DNA of 26,865 bases, taken from positions 32,366 to 59,230 of the forward strand of contig RHPI01001960.1 in NCBI GenBank assembly GCA_009103225.1, given 5' to 3'. This DNA is from Chlorokybus atmophyticus. Its lineage: Eukaryota > Plantae > Mesostigma and Chlorokybus algae. Shown here piece by piece: positions 20,073 to 26,865 of the stretch. The first letter of the stretch is position 1. The number at the start of each line of letters is the position of its first letter. Made by a program: the position numbers and the translations under genes. The notes beneath the pieces are model-generated. The model saw only the letters and a list, made by a program, of their open reading frames with translations, did not search any database and was not told the origin of the DNA.

Positions 20073-20696
20073 AATTCAGCGCATTTGCCCTGAATACTCA
20101 TCTCTTTTATGTGTGAACTCGCCACTTGCGTGGCTGCAGAGGTCGCTGTTACGATTGCTAATTATTCAGGCCAAATGCCCTGAATACAAGCAATGGATAT
20201 TCACACGCTTTGGTCATGAATAATTGTAGTTGTCCATCTCGCACACAACCTCCTACATGTGAGTAGTTATTCACTCGCGACAGAACTGCATATTCAGTCT
20301 TCTTAGGTATACATGGTCCTAGACTTGTACCATGGCACCAAGTGATTATTCATACTTTGTGTGCATGAATATTTACAGCGCCTGCTCTCACACTATGTCC
20401 TCCTTATAGGTAATTATTCACACGCATTTTGGCTTAATGTTCACACATACTAAAGCTGTTTCAACAGCACATGTACCACACTGGCGAGTGATTATTCATA
20501 CGATTTGTGATTGAATAATACAGCATATCTGCTCTCACACAGTCCTATATATGAGTGGTTATTCACCCATAGTATGGTTGAACACTGCTGCCTTTGGTTG
20601 ATTGTTCACGCGAATTATAATTGAATAATACAGCACTTCTGCTCACACACACAGTCCTACATATAAGTGGTTATTCACTCACAGTTTGGTTGAATA
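20073..20696. repeat. Array of about 10 dyad sites T(A/G)TTCA-N12/13-TGAA(T/C)A
   Basis: There are 16 exact TATTCA or TGAATA hexamers in about 610 bp. Pairs start at 20073, 20163, 20198, 20268, 20347, 20415, 20493, 20560, 20603 and 20672. Some half-sites carry variants. Confidence 0.9.
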
Positions 20697-20854
20697 ATCA
20701 CTGCATCTTGCTATCGTTAACAGCTGTGACATAGCATAGCTGTGACATAGCACATAGCAATCAGTCCAGCCGGTGAATTTGGACAGCAATGTCAGCTGAA
20801 TGGCAGCTGACTCGAACAACAAATTCACTGATGTCTACAATGTATCTCTGCTAC

Positions 20855-23352
20855 CTACTTCTTGCTGCCTCGACCACGCCCACCGCGCCCACCCCGGCTG
20901 CCCTTCCCACGGCCCCTCCCGCGCTGTGTGGTTGTGCCTTCCTTTGCTGGCTCCCTCACCTTGATACTCTTCAGCAACCCAACAGGCCAAAGTAGCAACA
21001 AACCCGGCTCGCACTCTGCGCATACATCAACCACACATGAACTCAGCTGACTTGCACAATGTTGAAACTGTTCATGCAATCGCATGCACACAAACGCGTT
21101 CACCTTTCAAGTGGGTCACTTGCACTCCAACCCCATCACGCTTGAAGCTGATTGGCAGAGGCACAACCTCTTCTTCCCCTGGTCCGGGACGTCTGGTCCT
21201 AGTGATGGGAAGACTGCGGCTGAACTGGACCACCATGTTGCCGTCTCCAATCTTCTTGCCATGAAACTTGTTGACAGGATTGATGTCGCTTACGTGCGCC
21301 TCCCCTACTGGTTCTTTGCGCCCGTTAATGAACAGTTGGACTTCACTGCCAACCTTCATCGTCGGTGCGGTGTCGTCCTTGTCGCTCAGCTCTTCCTGCG
21401 CATGCAAGTGACAAACACATCAAGAGGTACACACATACACAGATGTGATCTCTCATACAGCGCTTGCGAAGCGACCTGCCTTCTGCGAGTCGTTGTCGCT
21501 GTTGTTGGGGCTGTCCCCCTCGCTGTCCGGGGCGCTGTCCTTGGCGCCATCTTCACCGCTGTTCTCGCTTCTACCTGTCTCAGGCATTTCTGAATACGTT
21601 GGCTCATCCTGCGCGACAAGGTGACACGACGTGTTAACAAGCTTACAGCCGTCACGCAACGAATGCGTGCCTGCCGCAGGTGACAGTTTGTGTGCAGCCA
21701 GAAGAACGCAAGAAGCCCATAAGATCAAGTACATGGTGCTTTCATACCTCCTTTTGCTTGCCGCTCTTCTTCTCCAACACCGTCTCCTGCTTGCCAGTCG
21801 AGTGGCCTGCCTCCTGAGACTTGTAGGGAGCCGGTATCGAGCGAACAGTTTTGTTTGTTTTCTTTTTGGGGGGGCTTGACACCTCATCCTCCTGCCAACA
21901 GCATGAAGTCAGATGGTGAGCCACAACTCAGTGCATTGCCGCTCTATCAAGTCCAATGCTGCGTACCTCACCAGACACTTTGCGCTTCCCTGAGCTGCTG
22001 TCACGCACATCAGCACCCTGCTTGGCACGTGCCTGAACACAACAGTCATGAACGATCATGAACACATGTTTAGCAAAGTACAAGCAGGAGCGGCATCTGA
22101 CCTGTGAACCAGTAGCAGGAGAACTTGAGGGTTGTGGTGCAGTGCCTTCCTTGTTACCTATCGCATACACAAGGCACCGATCACAAAAGCCTGCATATAC
22201 ACACAGTACTCCAGCAGCTGCCTGCGCGCGCAAGACGCGGCTCACGCTGCGAGGTGCCATTTCTGTCGTCGCTGGCGTCGCTGGCGGGATGTGAACGCGT
22301 GGGCGCCGTGCAATTACAAGGGGTCATCATACACACCACACAACCTGCATACATAAGGCACCATCAAACACAAAGCATCGTTCTCAACACGACATTGACA
22401 AAGCCAACTTTGTGCAAACTGTAGGTCACCCTCTGAGGTGGCATCCTCGTCGTCGCTGGCAGATTGCACTTCTTTTGACTTCTTGGGCTTCTTCTTGTTG
22501 GCTTTCTATCAAGCACATGGCAAAGGCACTCAAGACATGCACATCGCACGAACACCTTAGTCACTACATGACACACACCTTGTTGTTCTTGTCGCTAGGC
22601 CCTCCCCTGCGCCTTGGCACAAAGCCCCCCGCGAAAGCCTTCTCCATCATCTCCTTGTAACGATTCCGACTCTTTTCTTTCTGCTTCTCTTTGTGCTTGG
22701 GGTTGCTGTATCCCTTTTTGTTGCCCAGATACTGTTGAATCTTCAAACGCGCCTACCCACCAATGAAGAAGTTGTGAAGGCCAACACATGCAAAGCAAAC
22801 TCCTCCTAGCTCAGACAATGCTGCCATATTGCATGACAGCTCATGTAACTGTGGGAATTTGCCAACCATTTGATAGGAGAGCTCTGGATTCAGCAGATGC
22901 CAGCATTTGGTTGCAAGAGCGAACTTGAATGGGTCCTGCTTCGTTTGAGTCTTCCCCGGCATCATGCGACAGTACTCGTAGCAAATCCGGCCTTTGTCGG
23001 CCAGCTTGGTGACCTTGCGACGATCACGGGCATGATGCTTCCCACGCCAATGTAGGACCTTCAGTGCCTGCATGATTTACATTGGTGCACTAGTACAACA
23101 TGGGACAAAACAGACTTCGGCAGCAAGGTCTGACATTGATTGCGGATGCTTGATGCATAAGCTCACTTTTAAGGAGACCATTGCTGTGGTCTCAAGATCA
23201 CGCAGGTGAACAGTCGCCTCACTGGTTTCCCACTCATGCTGCAGCTGCTCATCAGAAGGACCACCAGCATTCTTCCCCCATATCTCTTCGTCCAAATTCT
23301 CCCATCCTTCGCTGCAGTTGCTGGACCGCCCACCCGACGTGGTGCCTGACAT
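20855..23352 (-). CDS. Multi-exon gene, probably a CACTA TnpA-like accessory protein with an RGG-rich tail
   Basis: Starts MSGTTSGGRSS at 23352, with GT-AG-bounded exons (e.g. SLK|GTGAG ... CAG|ALKVLHW). Lys/acidic low-complexity exons follow. The segment VGSEVQLFINGRKEPVGEAHVSDINPVNKFHGKKIGDGNMVV resembles the Tnp1/En/Spm-like domain. It ends RGRGRGKGSRGGRGGRGRGSKK. The exact exon structure is not resolved. Confidence 0.5.
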
Positions 23353-23545
23353 GATGATGCCCTCCTGTAGATAGATCAAGCTTGCTTTACAAGTCAGTTG
23401 CAACCGCAACCCTAATCAACCTCAAGTCTTGGTTGACTCAAGTGACTGCAGGTTGTAAGCCATGTGGACTTGCTTGTTGACTTGTCACAGCAAGCAAACC
23501 ATGTACCTTGCAAAAGAAGTGTCTCTAAGCTGCTTGCACAAAGGC

Positions 23546-24884
23546 GTGCTTGTGAACTTGTCAAACAGGCACCCAGCAAACCAAACACCCAGTACCTTGT
23601 AGAGTAGAAGCTTCTTCAGCTTCTTTCCAGCTGAACACGAGAAAGGTAAGCCTAACAGCAAGCTAGCAGGCAAATGGCATGTGCATGCACAACATGTGCT
23701 TGTGAACTTGTCAAACAGGCACCCAGCAAGCCAAACACCCAGTACCTTGTAGAGTAGAAGCTGCTTCAGCTTCTTTCCAGCTAAACACGAGAAAGGTAAG
23801 CCTAACAGCAAGCTAGCAGGCAAATGGCATGTGCATGCACAACATGTGCTTGTGAACTTGTCAAACAGGCACCCAGCAAGCCAAACACCCAGTACCTTGT
23901 AGAGTAGAAGCTGCTTCAGCTTCTTGCCAGCTGAACACGACAAAGGTAAGCCTAACAGCAAGCTAGCAGGCAAATGGCATGTGCATGCACAAACATGTGC
24001 TTGTGAACTTGTCAAACAGGCACATTGCAGGCCAAACACCCAGTACCTTGTAGAGTAGAAGATTCTTCAGCTTCTTGCCAGCTGAACACGACAAAGGTAA
24101 GCCTAACAGCAAGCTAGCAGGCAAATGGCATGTGCATGCACAAACATGTGCTTGTGAACTTGTCAAACAGGCACACTGCAAGCCAAACACCCAGTACCTT
24201 GTAGAGTAGAAGCTGCTTCAGCTTCTTGCCAGCTGAACACGACAAAGGTAAGCCTAACAGCAAGCTAGCAGGCAAATGGCATGTGCATGCACAAACATGT
24301 GCTTGTGAACTTGTCAAACAGGCACACTGCAAGCCAAACACCCAGTACCTTGTAGAGTAGAAGCTGCTTCAGCTTCTTGCCAGCTGAACACGACAAAGGT
24401 AAGCCTAACAGCAAGCTAGCAGGCAAATGGCATGTGCATGCACAAACATGTGCTTGTGAACTTGTCAAACAGGCACACTGCAAGCCAAACACCCAGTACC
24501 TTGTAGAGTAGAAGCTGCTTCAGCTTCTTGCCAGCTGAACACGACAAAGGTAAGCCTAACAGCAAGCTAGCAGGCAAATGGCATGTGCATGCACAAACAT
24601 GTGCTTGTGAACTTGTCAAACAGGCACACTGCAAGCCAAACACCCAGTACCTTGTAGAGTAGAAGCTGCTTCAGCTTCTTGCCAGCTGAACACGACAAAG
24701 GTAAGCCTAACAGCAAGCTAGCAGGCAAATGGCATGTGCATGCACAAACATGTGCTTGTGAACTTGTCAAACAGGCACACTGCAAGCCAAACACCCAGTA
24801 CCTTGTAGAGTAGAAGCTGCTTCAGCTTCTTGCCAGCTGAACACGACAAAGGTAAGCCTAACAGCAAGCTAGCAGGCAAATGGC
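23546..24884. repeat. Tandem satellite, about 9 copies of a 150/151-bp unit
   Basis: GTGCTTGTGAACTTGTCAAACAGG recurs at 23546, 23696, 23846, 23997, 24148, 24299, 24450, 24601 and 24752. Confidence 0.97.
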
Positions 24885-25413
24885 AGTCCAGAATGCTAGC
24901 TGCACAGCACCATGCTGTATTTGCTAATTGCAACGAAGTGACCCAGCATGCAACCACTAGAAAAGCAGTGCAACAAGACAGCTGACAACGCTCGCTCACC
25001 TCGCCACAGCACCGCCGCCGCCAACACAACCAGCAAGTACGCCGGTGCTGTGGGACAATCAGTGCAATTCCCGGTGCGGAAATCCCTGCAATCAATGGAA
25101 TGCAGTGATCGTTCGGAAAATCCACATCAGCAATTGTGCTGGTCGGACACCAGTCGCGTCTCCGACCGCAATAGGCCGCACGAGCAATTGCCGTGGAAAT
25201 TGCCTTTTGTCGAAACTTTGATTGCCAAAATGAACTCTATGTTTATTGGTCCATACAAACCAAGCGAAATTACATTCTCTATTTCCGATGAAATCGTCCA
25301 GGTCCGAGGACGGTGTCTGTGTGGCTTACCCCAAAGTATAAGTAACCCTAACCCAAACATCCAATGCATGCTGGTAGTTGTATAGGATATGTGAAGTGCT
25401 GTGTGCTGCAACA

Positions 25414-26323
25414 ATGGACCCCCCTGTACCCATGCGCACCATGAATGAGGCTCTAACGCAGGCGCTCCTCGCAGTCGGGCGGCGATTAGTGGGACTAGGT
25501 CAGGTCTTGACACAACCGTGGAACGGCTATGTGGACTCTGGCGATGCTCGCTATCATCAGGTATCTTTCTCGCTATTCATGGTGTGAGTTGCGTGCGCTA
25601 TGTCACTCTGCATGCTGCTGACTATGCATGCCACTATGCATGTGCCATACTGTTGCGCATTGTTTGTACATGCGTATGCCTTGTGTGCGATTTGGGTTGA
25701 GTTTGCCTGTGTAGTGTGCATATGTTTGTCCTGCTATGATAGGAACGCCTATATATATGCACAGCTCTAATTGCTACCATACAACACCCTTGCGCGTTAC
25801 ATGCCGTGCATGTCATGCCATGCTACTGCCTGCATGTGTGTCCAGTTCATGTCCATAACAATAGAGGCGCTGCCTATGCATTTGCATCAACTTCTGGTGC
25901 ACGTTTATGAATGAATGCGATGCAACATGCGAGTTAACCTGTAAACTTGTTTGTCAGGTCCAATTATGCAATTGGGAGCTTTCAACTCGTGGAATTGTTC
26001 ATCAGGCACCCATTGCGATTGCAGCTACTGTACAAACCGGTGTGTATGTGGCAGTCTCCGTGCATGAGAACACTCCCTCGCCTCCTGATGCGCCTCTTCC
26101 TGCTCGCACTATCATTGACTCGGGCACCTATGGCGCTGCTGGCCTGCGCGTTGTGATCGAGTGCGACAACAATATTGCTGCACGCTGGAGTGTGTTTACT
26201 GGCTCCGAAGTCCCTGCACCTGGTGCAACGCCCGGTACCAATCTCACACCAACTTGTAATGGAATTTTCCCCACTCGCGACCCTCCTAGTGAACCTAGTG
26301 ACTCTAGTGACTCGTCGCAATGA
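25414..26323 (+). CDS. Two-exon hypothetical protein (170 aa)
   Basis: Exon 25414-25560 (MDPPVPMRT...DARYHQ), phase-0 intron CAG|GTATCT...TTAAC...TGTCAG|, then exon 25958-26323 (VQLCNWELSTRG...SDSSDSSQ*). It has no internal stops and no recognised domain. Confidence 0.65.
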
Positions 26324-26539
26324 CCATTGCTCTACACACACTTTGTTTGCCCTTTACACTCTGGTTACCGCTGAGCTGCTCTGCTGGTAATTCTCCAAGT
26401 GTGGCTGTTGCATGTGCAATTACTGATGACAGTGGGGTGTGTGCCTTTGTGCAACTTGGAGATCTAGCAGCAGATCAGCTCAGGCACAACCGCCACAATT
26501 GTGTTCACAACACCATAGTGACTAGCAGATTAATTACAT

Positions 26540-26646
26540 TACAACTATACTACACAACAACTACCAAACTACCACCAAACTATACAACTACACAACAACA
26601 ACAACTACACAACAACTATACAACTACCAAAACTACCACCAAACTA
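26540..26646. repeat. A/C-rich low-complexity tract (ACT/ACA repeats)
   Basis: Degenerate CTACACAACAA-type repeats. Confidence 0.8.
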
Positions 26647-26865
26647 TAGGCCTTGTGCAAGGATGACGCAAAGATCTGACCTTGTACTTTGTATTACCTC
26701 ATGGCCGTAGCACAGCCTGCAAGGCAAAGCGGGTTGCGCTCAAAACTGTTGGACACAAATCAGGCATGCAAGCGCCTAACACTGGCAGTAGAATTGCCCA
26801 AACATGCTGTTGGAAAAACCCCTCACAACTGCACTCACATATGCACAAATACAAGGTATGTTTGC

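Larger units (their letters stand above)
20040..23352 (-). mobile_element. Probable CACTA/En-Spm-like DNA transposon (left end plus accessory gene); right end not identified
   Basis: Gypsy homology stops at 20039, where CACCGG... begins. A subterminal dyad array follows, then a spliced gene with an En/Spm-like domain. No catalytic transposase, matching second TIR or TSD was seen. Confidence 0.45.

Noticed and set aside
20073-20696. CRISPR array
   Set aside because: The conserved parts are only 6-8-nt half-sites with 12-13-nt spacers at irregular intervals, and there are no cas genes.
20040-20775. Self-contained MITE bounded by CACCGG...CCGGTG
   Set aside because: The right-hand match has a 5-nt gap, the flanks (TAT vs AAT) do not form a TSD, and gypsy sequence does not resume after 20775.
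23546-24884. CRISPR-like array, or repeated 75-aa ORFs
   Set aside because: The units are contiguous with no unique spacers, the unit length of 151 is not a multiple of 3, and the context is eukaryotic.

Overview
Eukaryotic, intron-containing, repeat-dense window. It is most likely from a green alga; this is inferred from roughly balanced GC, short GT-AG introns, CA/TG-rich introns and the retroelement types. It consists almost entirely of nested, decayed mobile elements. From left to right: (1) a broken Pro-rich membrane-protein gene, a TG/CA low-complexity tract, a perfect 44-bp palindrome and ankyrin-like remnants. (2) A 5'-truncated Ty1/copia element (about 4340-10411, + strand). Its RT is split by a 1931-bp LTR-type insertion (7013-8943, 5-bp TSD AAGGA) with a fold-back structure of 305-bp inverted LTR arms. 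(3) A long spliced pseudogene on the - strand with a SET domain and coiled coils. (4) A Ty3/gypsy pol on the - strand (15862-20039) carrying a C5 cytosine DNA methyltransferase domain directly upstream of RT and a PHD finger after the integrase. This is the most interesting object in the window. (5) An array of fixed-spacing dyad sites (TATTCA-N12/13-TGAATA) that begins where the methyltransferase is truncated, followed by a spliced gene with an En/Spm (CACTA)-like domain. (6) A 150/151-bp satellite and a clean two-exon orphan gene. All family assignments come from motif recognition by eye; no database searches were run.
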